Positions 38,636 through 48,350 of a DNA stretch of 64,000 bases are shown in pieces. Position numbers and translations under genes: made by a program. Position 1 is the first letter of the stretch. Every line of letters begins with the position of its first letter. Source of the DNA: an uncultured Solirubrobacterales bacterium (GTDB lineage: Bacteria > Actinomycetota > Thermoleophilia > Solirubrobacterales > Solirubrobacteraceae); the NCBI GenBank assembly GCA_963773395.1, contig CAVZAY010000001.1:6491-70490 (forward strand), given 5' to 3'. The notes under the pieces are model-generated. The model saw nothing but the letters and a program-made list of their open reading frames with translations, searched no databases and was not told the DNA's origin.

Positions 38636-39667
38636 CTAGCCAGCCGCCACGCGCAGCGCGGCGACCAGCTCATCCACCTCCTCGGGCAGCGTGTCCCACG
38701 AGCAGACCCAGCGCACCTCCGCGCGCGACGCATCCCAAACGTAGAACGGGAAGGTTGCTTGGAGCGGCTCGATCGCGTGGGCCGGCAGCGTCGCGAAGAC
38801 CTGGTTTGACTGCACCGGCTGCGTGATCCGGACACCCTCGACCGTCCGGGCAGCGGCCGCGAGGCGGCTCGCCATCGCGTTTGCATGCACTGCGAGGCGA
38901 AGCCAGAGCTGGTCGGTGAAGAGTGCGACGAGCTGCGCCGAGACGAAGCGCATCTTCGACGCCAGCTGCCCTGTCTGCTTGCGCAGAAATGCGAAGTCGA
39001 CGGCGAGGTCCTCGCGCAGGAAGACGACGGCCTCGGCACCGAACGCTCCGAGCTTGGTCGCTCCGAAGGAGACGACATCGACGCCAACGTCGGTTGTCAG
39101 CGCGCGCAGCGGCAGATCGAGATGCGCGGCGGCGTTGGCGAGACGTGCCCCATCGAGGTGCACGAGCAGGCCGAGCTCGTGAGCGTGATCGCAGAGCGCG
39201 CGCAGCTCAACCGGCGTGTAGGAGCTCCCGAGCTCGGTCGCCTGGGTGAGCGAGACGAGTCGCAACTGGACCGCGTGCTCGTCGCCCGAGCCGGCCAGCA
39301 GCGGATCGAGTTGCTGCGGTCGCAGCTTCCCGTCCGGGGCCGGGAGCGGAAAGAGCTTGACGCCGGCGATGCGCTCCGGCGCGCCGGCCTCGTGGACCTG
39401 GATGTGAGCCATATCGGTACAGGCGACGCCCTCCCAGGCGCGGCACGTCGCGCGGATCGCGAGCACGTTCGCGGCAGTTCCGCCCCACACCGGAAATCCG
39501 CGCGCGTGCTCGCCGAACTCGGCGCGCAGGCAGCGCTCCGCCTGCTCGGTCCACTCGTCGGCGCCGTAGGCCGGCGCATGATCGACGTTTGCAGCGGCCA
39601 GCGCGTCGAGGACCTCGGGATGAGCGCCGGCGTTGTTGTCGCTCGCGAAGCTGCGCACCGGCATCAC
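38636..39667 (-). CDS. ltaE: low-specificity L-threonine aldolase
   Basis: ORF 38636..39667, 343 aa: MMPVRSFASDNNAGAHPEVLDALAAANVDHAPAYGADEWT...GGTAANVLA...VVSFGATKLGAFGAEAVVF. Confidence 0.85.
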   Translation of the reverse strand: MMPVRSFASDNNAGAHPEVLDALAAANVDHAPAYGADEWTEQAERCLRAEFGEHARGFPVWGGTAANVLAIRATCRAWEGVACTDMAHIQVHEAGAPERIAGVKLFPLPAPDGKLRPQQLDPLLAGSGDEHAVQLRLVSLTQATELGSSYTPVELRALCDHAHELGLLVHLDGARLANAAAHLDLPLRALTTDVGVDVVSFGATKLGAFGAEAVVFLREDLAVDFAFLRKQTGQLASKMRFVSAQLVALFTDQLWLRLAVHANAMASRLAAAARTVEGVRITQPVQSNQVFATLPAHAIEPLQATFPFYVWDASRAEVRWVCSWDTLPEEVDELVAALRVAAG

Positions 39668-39754
39668 CCTCGCCAGCGCGCGAGCTCGCGCATCGGCACG
39701 GCGCTACGAGGGTTGGCTGACCGGGCGGCGAGGTCCACTTCTGACTCGCTGTTG

Positions 39755-40546
39755 ATGCTAGCTTCCGGGCCGAGGTCGGTGCGCCCGCCAACGGACACGA
39801 TCGCGGCGCCGCCGTTCGCGGCGCGCGCGGAATGGCTGAACTCGCCACCGCTTTCGATGTGGGGGCTGCGCGGTCGTCCGGTGCTGATCGAGTTCTGGGA
39901 CTTCTGCCGCCCCAACTCGCTGCGGACGCTGCCGTATGTGAAGGCCTGGCACGAACGCTATGGGGGCGCCGGCGGACTGGTCGTGATCGGCGCGCATGCC
40001 CCCGGCTTTCGAATCTCCGCGAGCAGCGAGAACGTTCGTGGCGCAGTTGAGCGGCTCGGCGTGTCCTACCCGGTGCTGCTCGACTCGGAGTTCGCGCTCT
40101 GGCGCGAGTATGAGAACACGGGCTGGCCGGCGCGCTACCTGTGGAACGCGGACGGGCTGCTCGCCGATTACCACTTCGGTGAGGGGGGCTACTACGAGAC
40201 CGAGCACACGATCCAGGAGCTGCTCGGCGTCGATAGCGAGCCGCTCGGAGCGCTGCGCCAGGAGGACGAGCCAAGCGCGATGCTCGTCGTGCCGAGCGAG
40301 GACAGGATGGAGCCGCCGTGGTCGGGACCGTACGAGGCGGGCGCCGCATGGGCTGTGCTCGAACCCCGCCGAGCGGGCATCCAGGGGCGGCTCACCGCGA
40401 ACGGACGGGCGATCCTCGTCGAGCATGCCGGGGCTTTCCTGCTTGTCGCGCACGAGCACCACGAGCGCGCGGAGCTCGCGATCGAGCTCGACGAGAACGT
40501 CGTCTGCGAGGCGATCTGCTTCACGCCCGGGACGGCGCGCGGCTAG
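39755..40546 (+). CDS. thioredoxin-fold protein related to the DipZ C-terminal region, lacking the CxxC pair
   Basis: ATG 39755 within ORF 38885..40546: ...WLNSPPLSMWGLRGRPVLIEFWDFCRPNSLRTLPYVKAWHERYGGAGLVVIGAHAPGF...YPVLLDSEFALWREYENTGWPARYLWNADG. Confidence 0.7.
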   Translation: MLASGPRSVRPPTDTIAAPPFAARAEWLNSPPLSMWGLRGRPVLIEFWDFCRPNSLRTLPYVKAWHERYGGAGGLVVIGAHAPGFRISASSENVRGAVERLGVSYPVLLDSEFALWREYENTGWPARYLWNADGLLADYHFGEGGYYETEHTIQELLGVDSEPLGALRQEDEPSAMLVVPSEDRMEPPWSGPYEAGAAWAVLEPRRAGIQGRLTANGRAILVEHAGAFLLVAHEHHERAELAIELDENVVCEAICFTPGTARG

Positions 40547-40565
40547 ACCCACCGCTAGCGGCCCG

Positions 40566-40985
40566 TCAATTGTGGCTGCCGAGCCGGTCCCACATGTAGA
40601 GGCCGACGCACTCCTCGGCGAGCTCAGCCGCGCGTGAACGTGAGAGCCTCGGCAGGACATCGGCGAGCGCATGCTCCTCGGCTCGACCCGAATCGAACGC
40701 CTCCTCGCTCGAGAGTCCCGCGGCGACCTTGAGCGCCTCGCGGCGGTACTCCCCGAGCGAGGGGTAGATCGAAAGCAGAAACGCCGTGTTTGCGATCGGC
40801 TGGCCGACGGTCTCGAGCGTGGCGTGCCAGGCAGCGAGCATCGAGAGGTCGTCGGCGTCGAGCTCGGCGACGGCCTGCGCGTAGTGGGCCGGGAGGTCGC
40901 GCTCGGGGATCTCGTCAACCCAGGCGTGAAAGACCTCGCCGACGAGCTGCCGGCGCGCTTCACGGCCCACAGACTCGGCGATCAC
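40566..40985 (-). CDS. hypothetical protein
   Basis: ORF 40566..41075. GTG 40985 (VIAESVGREARRQLVGEVFHAWVDE...) preferred because the upstream 30 aa are Arg/Ser-rich. Helical, no family recognised. Confidence 0.5.
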   Translation of the reverse strand: MIAESVGREARRQLVGEVFHAWVDEIPERDLPAHYAQAVAELDADDLSMLAAWHATLETVGQPIANTAFLLSIYPSLGEYRREALKVAAGLSSEEAFDSGRAEEHALADVLPRLSRSRAAELAEECVGLYMWDRLGSHN

Positions 40986-41081
40986 GTGTGATCGCGTCGT
41001 GCGGATCGATGAAGCAGAGCGACATTCCGGGAGGCACCGTGCCCTGCGAAGCCTAGGGTCCGCGGAGGACGGCACGCCCCG

Positions 41082-41110
41082 CCCGGCGGGCCCTTGGCGA
41101 GCCCGCCGGG
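41082..41110 (-). terminator. GC-rich hairpin (10-bp perfect stem, 9-nt loop) 16 nt downstream of the hydrolase gene
   Basis: CCCGGCGGGC 41082..41091 pairs with GCCCGCCGGG 41101..41110. No U-tract. Confidence 0.45.
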
Positions 41111-41125
41111 TCGGCGGTGGGCGCG

Positions 41126-42139
41126 CTACTTGTGCTTCTTGTGCTTCTTCTGCTTGCCGGTCTTGAACGGGCAGTGCTTCGTGCCGCGCACGTGCTCGTA
41201 GAAGGTGCAGTAGGCCGGACGTGGCTGTCCGTTCTTGCCCGTCAGGCCGGCATCGAAGCCGCCGTTCGGCGCGGCGCCGCCGAAGTAGCTGTAGACGTAG
41301 AGGCGCTTGATACGCGAACTCGAATCGGCCAGCGAGAACATGTAGCTCGTCGCCCGTGCCTGGCGGCTCAGGCTGTAGGGGAAGGACGGCTTGAACTCGG
41401 CGAGGCCGCCCGTCTCGGTCAGCCAGAGCTGACCGGGAATGTCCGCGAGGATCGCCTTCGTGCCGTTGTCCTCGAAGCGGTTCGTCTCGCTGTAGTTGTG
41501 CAGGCCCCAGATCTTCGGCATGTGCCTCTTGCCGACGTAGTGCTTGAAGGCATTGATGTAGCTGAGCGTCGCGCCGATGTCGGTCGAGTCGAGGACATCG
41601 AGGCCGACGACGGTGCAGCTCGGGCAGACCTGCTTGAGCGCGAGGTAGTACTGCGCGGACTGCTTGGCGCTCGGGCTGTCGTAATTGTCACCGCGCGCGC
41701 GCACGTTGCCGCGGTTGACCTCGTTCCAGGGCTGAAGGGTGGTGACGGTCGGGAAGGTCTTGACGAAGTCCGCCATGTCCTGCTTGTAGGTCGCGACGCT
41801 CGGCAGCTTCGTCGCGTTCTTCGCCGTGTGGTAGAAGGCGATCAGCGGCTGGACGTGCGCCGCTTGCGCGGCCTTCAGCCAGCCGACGAGGTTTGCGAGC
41901 GCGTCCGGGTCATTGCCGGAGGCGACATCGTAGGCGGTGAAGTAGCGCGCGATGTGGACCTGTAGGTCGAGCCATGGAGCGCTCGAGAACATCAGCGGGC
42001 TCTCGTCACCGACGCCCACGAGGCGGCCCCCGGAGCTCGCGTGCGCGCGCTGGGAGCCGAGCGCGCTCCCCGCGACGAGTGCGCAGACGGCCAGGGCAGC
42101 GGCGAGGGCAGCGACCAACGGCGTGCGGACTTGGCGCAT
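41126..42139 (-). CDS. secreted clan GH-A-like (TIM-barrel) glycoside hydrolase with Lys/His-rich C-terminal tail
   Basis: The ATG at 42139 has GGAAGGAG upstream, within ORF 41126..42295. Signal peptide [36 protein letters not shown] (acid/base-type NE) and QLWLTETGG (nucleophile-type TE). Tail [12 protein letters not shown]. Confidence 0.7.
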   Translation of the reverse strand: MRQVRTPLVAALAAALAVCALVAGSALGSQRAHASSGGRLVGVGDESPLMFSSAPWLDLQVHIARYFTAYDVASGNDPDALANLVGWLKAAQAAHVQPLIAFYHTAKNATKLPSVATYKQDMADFVKTFPTVTTLQPWNEVNRGNVRARGDNYDSPSAKQSAQYYLALKQVCPSCTVVGLDVLDSTDIGATLSYINAFKHYVGKRHMPKIWGLHNYSETNRFEDNGTKAILADIPGQLWLTETGGLAEFKPSFPYSLSRQARATSYMFSLADSSSRIKRLYVYSYFGGAAPNGGFDAGLTGKNGQPRPAYCTFYEHVRGTKHCPFKTGKQKKHKKHK

Positions 42140-42248
42140 AAACGGCTCCTTCCGAGGGACGAGGCTGCAGGGCGAGGCGGCGGCAGCGCGCCGCACCGAA
42201 CACTCAAACGCTGCCTTGCAGCGAATGTAGCGCTTGTGTGGCCGAATG

Positions 42249-43696
42249 TTACGAAACGCGCGCAGCGAGGTGGCGCTCGACCGCCTCGCGCGCACTCGCG
42301 GCCCTCGTTGATCGCCCAGACGATCAACGACTGGCCGCGGCGCGCGTCACCGCACACGAAGACCCCATCACGTGAGGTCGCGTACGCGGGCGCCGCAACG
42401 TTGCCGAGCGGGTCAAGCTCGAGGGCGAGGCTCTCGGCGATCTGACGTTCGGGGTACAGGAAGCCCATCGCGAGCAGCACGAGGTCGGCCTCGATCTCGC
42501 GCTCGGTTCCCGGCACCGGCGCGAACGGCGGGTCGGGCGCGGCCTGCGCAATGTGCATCGCCCGGACGGCGCCGTTGCCGGCAAAGCGCGTCGTTACGAC
42601 CGAGAAGTCGAGCTCGCCGTGACGCGTCTCGCGCGCCTCCTTCATCGCATAGGAGATGCGCAGCTTGAGCGGCCAGCGTGGCCACGGCGTCAGCTCGTCG
42701 GGCCGATGCTCCGGCGGCTCGGGAACGATCTCGAGCTGCGTGATCCACTCGGCGCCCTCGCGCAGCGCGTTGCCGACGCAGTCGGCGCCCGTGTCGCCGC
42801 CGCCGATCACGACGACCTTCCTGCCCGCTGCGCTGATCCCGGCGGCCGGCGGCGGATCGAGCTGCGGCCGCGGGCCGAACTCGGCCGCGACCGCCCGGTT
42901 GCGCTCGTAGAGGTAGTCCATCGCGAAGTGGATGCCGTCGAGCTCGCGGCCCGGCACGTCGAGGTCGCGCGGAACGCGCGATCCGATCGCAAGGACGAGC
43001 GCGTCGAACTCGTCGAGGAGCTCTGCAGGATCGACATCGCTACCGACGTCGACGCCGAGGCGCAGCTCGACGCCTTCGGCGAGGAGCTGGTCGACACGGC
43101 GCTCGACGAGCTGCTTCTCGATCTTGAAGTCGGGTACGCCGAAGCGGATCAGCCCGCCCGGCGCCTCGTCGCGCTCGAAGACGACGACGGCGTGGCCCGC
43201 GCGCCGGAGCTGCTGCGCCGCCGCAAGGCCGGCAGGCCCCGAGCCGACGATCGCCACGCGACGCCCGGTCTCCTGCGTCGGCGGCTGCGGCACGACCCAT
43301 CCCTCATCGTAGGCACGGTCGACGATCGCCTGCTCGATCTGCTTGATCGTCACAGCTTCGCCCTCGCGAATCTCGAGCACACACGCGGCCTCGCACGGCG
43401 CTGGGCAGAGACGGCCGGTGAACTCCGGGAAGTTGTTCGTCTCGTGCAAGGAGCCGATCGCCATCTGCCAGAGATCGCGGTAGACGAGGTGATTCCAATC
43501 GGGAATCAGGTTCCCGAGCGGGCAGCCGCCATGGCAGAACGGGACGCCGCAATCCATGCAGCGCGCGCCCTGCTCGCGTAGCTCCTCATCGGGCCGCGTG
43601 ACGAGAAACTCGTGGAAGTCGTGGATGCGCTCGGCGGGCGCGCGCTCAGCCGGCCGACCGGCGGTCGTACCGCAAGAAGCCACGCAGCTCGCCCAT
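42249..43696 (-). pseudogene. gltD: glutamate synthase small subunit, two frame breaks
   Basis: ATG 43696 (MGELRGFLRYDRR) is in a different frame from the body of ORF 41992..43743 (RPAERAPAERIHDFHEF...CMDCGVPFCHGGCPLGNLIP...VAIVGSGPAGLAAA...[26 protein letters not shown]). The C-terminus [11 protein letters not shown], with stop at 42249, needs a further shift. Breaks are near 43657 and 42285. Confidence 0.88.
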
Positions 43697-43739
43697 CGAC
43701 TAGCTCGCCTCGACGAGCATGCCGGAGGCTGCGGCGCGC

Positions 43740-46700
43740 TCATTCAGACACACGCCGGTAGTCGTTCGGCATTACCTTGGCGAATCGCGGCAGCGTCGCG
43801 TCCCAATCGTCAAGCACGCGGCGTGCGACGCTCGAGCCGGTGCGCAGGCAATGCTGCTCGATCAGCTCGCGCAGCTCGGCTTCGTCCTCGCAGTCGATCT
43901 CCTCGATGCTCACGATCGCGCCGTTGAGGCGCCGTGAGGCGAAGTCGCCGATCTCGTCGAGCACGTAGGCGACGCCGCCGCTCATGCCCGCCGCGAAGTT
44001 GCGTCCCGTCGGCCCGAGCACGACGACGCGCCCACCGGTCATGTACTCGCAGCCGTGGTCGCCGATGCCCTCGACGACAGCGCGCGCGCCGGAGTTGCGC
44101 ACGGCGAAGCGCTCACCCGCGATGCCGCGGAAGAATGCGTAGCCGCCGGTCGCGCCGTAGAGCACGGTGTTGCCGATGATCACGTTCTCCTCGGCGACGT
44201 ATGCGGCGCCGGCGGGCGGGCGCACGACGAGCGTGCCGCCGGAAAGACCCTTGCCCGTGTAATCGTTCGCGTCGCCCGCAAGGGTGAACGTGACGCCCTT
44301 CGCGAGCCAGCCGCCGAAGCTCTGGCCCGCGGAGCCGAGGAAGTTGACCTCGATTGAGTCCTCGTCGAGCCCATCCGAGCCGTAGCGGCGCGCGATCTCG
44401 CTCGAGAGCAGGCCGCCGACGCAGCGGTTGACGTTGCGCACCGGGCGCGTCAGCTCGATGTGCCCGCCCTTCTCGATCACCTCGCGCGCATCGTCGATCA
44501 GCGTCCAGTCGAGCGCATCGTCGAGGACCGGCTCCTGCGCGCAGACGCGCCGCAGCGGCGTGCCCGCCGGCAGCTCGGGCATCGTCAACAGCGGCGTTAG
44601 GTCGATGCCGCTCGCCTTCCAGTGGTCGATTGCACGCGCCGGCTCGAGCAGGTCGGTGCGCCCGATCAGCTCGTCCATGCGTGCGCAGGCCGAGGCTCGC
44701 GAGGATCCCGCGGACCTCCTCGGCGACGAAGTGGAAGAAGTTGATGACGTGCTCGGGCGTGCCGGCGAAGCGCTTGCGCAGCACCGGGTCCTGCGTGGCG
44801 ACGCCGACCGGGCACGTGTTGAGATGGCAGGCGCGCATCATGATGCAGCCAGTCGCGATCAGCGGGGCGGTGCCGAAGCCCATCTCGTCCGCGCCGAGGA
44901 TCGCCGCGATCGCGACATCGCGCCCCGTCTTCAGCTGGCCGTCGGTCTGGACGTAGATGCGCGAGCGCAGGTCGTTGAGCAGCAGCGTCTGCTGCGTCTC
45001 GGCGAGGCCGATCTCCCACGGCAAGCCGCTCGAGAAGATCGAGGAGAGCGGAGACGCGCCGGTGCCGCCGTCGTGGCCGGAGATCAGCACGTGGTCGGAG
45101 TTCGCCTTCGCGACGCCCGCGGCGACCGTGCCGACGCCGACCTCCGAGACGAGCTTGACCGAGATGCGCGCACGCGGGTTCGCGCAGCGCAGGTCGTAGA
45201 TCAGCTGCTTGAGATCCTCGATCGAGTAGATGTCGTGGTGGGGCGGCGGCGAGATCAAGCCGACGCCCGGCGTCGAGTGACGGATCATCCCGATGTACTC
45301 GTCGACCTTCGTGCCTGGCAGCTGGCCGCCTTCGCCGGGCTTCGCGCCCTGGGCCATCTTGATCTGGAGCTCGTCGGCGTTGACGAGATACTCGATCGTG
45401 ACGCCGAAGCGCCCTGAGGCGACCTGCTTGATCGCCGAGCGGCGGTTGTCACGGAAGCGCTCCGGGTCCTCTCCGCCCTCGCCCGTGTTCGAGCGCCCGC
45501 CGAGCTCGTTCATCGCGACCGCGAGCGTCTCGTGCACCTCGCGCGAGAGCGAGCCGAGGCTCATCGCGCCGGTCGAGAAGCGCTTGACGATCGCCTGCCA
45601 CGGCTCGACCTGCTCGAGCGGGATCGGGGCGCCGATCGGGCGGAAGTCGAGCAGGCCGCGCAGCGCGGCGCGGCGCGTCGCATCCTCGTTCGCAGACGCC
45701 GCGAACTCCGCATAGGAAGCGGCGGAGTCATAGCGCACGGCATGCTGGAGCAGGCCGATCGTGTCCGGATTCCACATGTGGCGCTCGCCGTCGCGCCGCC
45801 AGGCGTAGCGGCCGCCCGCCGGCAGGCGCGCGGGCCGCAGCTCCGGGCTCGGGTAGGCGCGAGCGTGGCGTGCGAGAGCCTCCGTGGCGAGGACGTCGAG
45901 GCCGACGCCACCGATCCGCGAGGCGGTGCCGGTGAAGTAGCGGTCGATCACCGAGCGGTGAAGGCCGACGGCTTCGAAGATCTGGGCGCCGCAGTAGGAC
46001 TGCACGGTCGAGATTCCCATCTTCGAGATCGTCTTGAGCAGGCTCTTGCCGATCGACTTGCGCACGAGCTCCTGGCCGCGCGTGCAGTCGAGCACCTCGC
46101 CGTCAGGGCCGCGCAGCCAGCCCTCCTCGATCAGCTCGCAGACCGTCTCGAACATGATGTAAGGGTTGATCGACGCTCGCGCCGTAGCCGATCAGCGTCG
46201 CGAAGTGGTGGATCTCGCGGGGCTCGCCGGACTCGAGCACGAGGCCCGCGCGCAGGCGGGTCCCGTCGCGCACGAGGTGGTGGTGGACCGCCGGCGACGG
46301 CGAGCAGACACGGGATCGGCACGCGGTCGGGGCTCGTCGCCCGGTCCGAGAGGATGAGGATGTTCGAGCCCGCGTCGATCGCCGTCCTGCGCCTGCCCGC
46401 AACAGCGCGCGAGCGCGGCCTCCATCCCGTCGGGACCCTCGGCCACCGGCCACGTGATGTCGATCGTGTGCGCGCTGAAGACATCGTGCGAGACGTTGCG
46501 CAGCGTCTCCAGCTCGTGGTTTCGCAGGATCGGGTGCTCGAGCGTCATCTGGTGCGCGTGCTCGGGCGTCTCCTCGAGCAGGTTGCGCTCGGCGCCGAGT
46601 CCGGCCGCGATCGACATCACGATGCTCTCGCGGATCGGGTCGATCGGCGGGTTCGTGACCTGTGCGAACAGCTGCTTGAAGTAGGCGAACAGCGCCGGCG

Positions 46701-48216
46701 CGCCGTCGGAGAGGACCGCCAGCGTGGTGTCGTTGCCCATCGAGCCGACCGGCTCCTCGCCCTCGATGATCATGCTCGGCAGCACCTTCGCGATGTCCTC
46801 GCGGCTGTAGCCGAAGGCGAGCTGGAGCGAGCGCAGCGGCTCGCGTCAGCGCGCGCGCCTTGCGCTGCGGCAGATCCTCGAAGCGGATCGTGTTCTCGTC
46901 GTACCAGCGCCCGTAGGGCTTCTGCGTCGCAACCTTGCGCTTGATCTCCGGGTCGGGAACGATGCGCCCCTGCTCGAGGTCGATGAGGAAGAGCTTGCCG
47001 GGCGCGAGCCGGCCCAGCTGCTCGACGTCCTCCGGCGGCACGGGGAGGATCCCGGCTTCCGAGCCGAGCACGACGAGCCCGTCCTTGCGCACGACGAAGC
47101 GCCCGGGGCGCAGGCCGTTGCGGTCGAGCGTCGGCGCCGATCACGCGACCGTCGGTGAACGCAACCGCAGCAGGACCGTCCCACGGCTCCATCAGGCAGG
47201 AGTGGTAGGCGTAGAAGCCCCCGAGCTCCGGCGGGAGCTCGCCGTCGCGGTTCATGTAGGCCTCGGGGATCATCATCATCAGGGCGTGCGGCAACGAGCG
47301 TCCGGCGAGCGTCAGCAGCTCGAGGACGTTGTCGAAGTTCGCCGAGTCAGAGCCCCCCGGACGCACGACCGGCAGGACCTTCGGGAGGTCCTCGCCGAAG
47401 AGCTCGGAGCGGAGCGTCGACTCGCGCGCGCGCATCCAGTTGACGTTGCCACGCAGCGTGTTGATCTCGCCGTTGTGGGCGATCATCCGATACGGGTGCG
47501 CGAGCTCCCAGCTCGGGAAGGTGTTCGTCGAGAAGCGCGAGTGGACGAGCGCCATCGCCGAGGCGAACCGCTCATCGGCGAGATCGCGCGTAGAAGCCCT
47601 TCAGCTGGTGGCTGATCAGCATGCCCTTGTAGACGACCGTGCGCGCGGACAGGCTTGCGACGTATAGGCCGGGGGCCGCGGCCGACTCGACGACGCGGCG
47701 GATCACGTAGAGCTTGCGCTCGAACGCATCCTCGTCGGCGCGGTGGGCCGGTCCGGCGCCGATGAAGACCTGGCGGATCGTCGGGCGCGATGCGCGGGCG
47801 GTAACACCGATGTTCGTGTCGTCAACGGGCACGTCGCGCCAGCCGAGGACCTCCTGGCCCTCCGCGAGAACCGTCCGCTCGATCAGCGCCGCAAGCTGCG
47901 CATGCTCGTCCGCCTCATCGGGCATGAAGCACATCCCGACGCCATAGCTTCCGCGTGGGGGCAGCTCGAAGTCGACGACGGCGCGTAGGAACGCATCGGG
48001 GATCTGGACGAGGATGCCGGCGCCGTCGCCGGTCTTCTTGTCAGCGCCAGCGGCGCCGCGATGCTCCAGGTGCTCGAGCGCCTCGAGCGCGAGCACTACG
48101 ACCTCGTGATCAGGCTCGTTGCTCAGCCGAGCGACGACGCCGATGCCGCAAGCGTCGTGCTCGTAGCGCGGGTCGTAGAGGCCGACGGCCCCCGGTTGCT
48201 GGGTGGTCTTGGTCAT
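43740..48216 (-). pseudogene. gltB: glutamate synthase large subunit, seven frame breaks
   Basis: The gene is assembled from ORFs 47572..48216 (MTKTTQQPGAVGLYDPRYEHDACGIGVVA...), 46770..47555, 46103..47092, 46192..46785, 46131..46484, 44113..46155 and 43740..44678. The repaired protein is 1489 aa with no stop. Breaks are at about 47589, 47132, 46843, 46383, 46289, 46171 and 44679, each read as one extra base. Confidence 0.9.
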
Positions 48217-48350
48217 CTATCAGTCCCGACATTCGCCGGCCCCACGGGGGGCAAACGGGCACTTGAGGCGGGCGCAAATCCTACCAGCGAGGGATCGTCC
48301 AGTCGGCCTACCGCCGCGCTCGGACAGCCGGCGGCTGCGCCGAAAAACCC

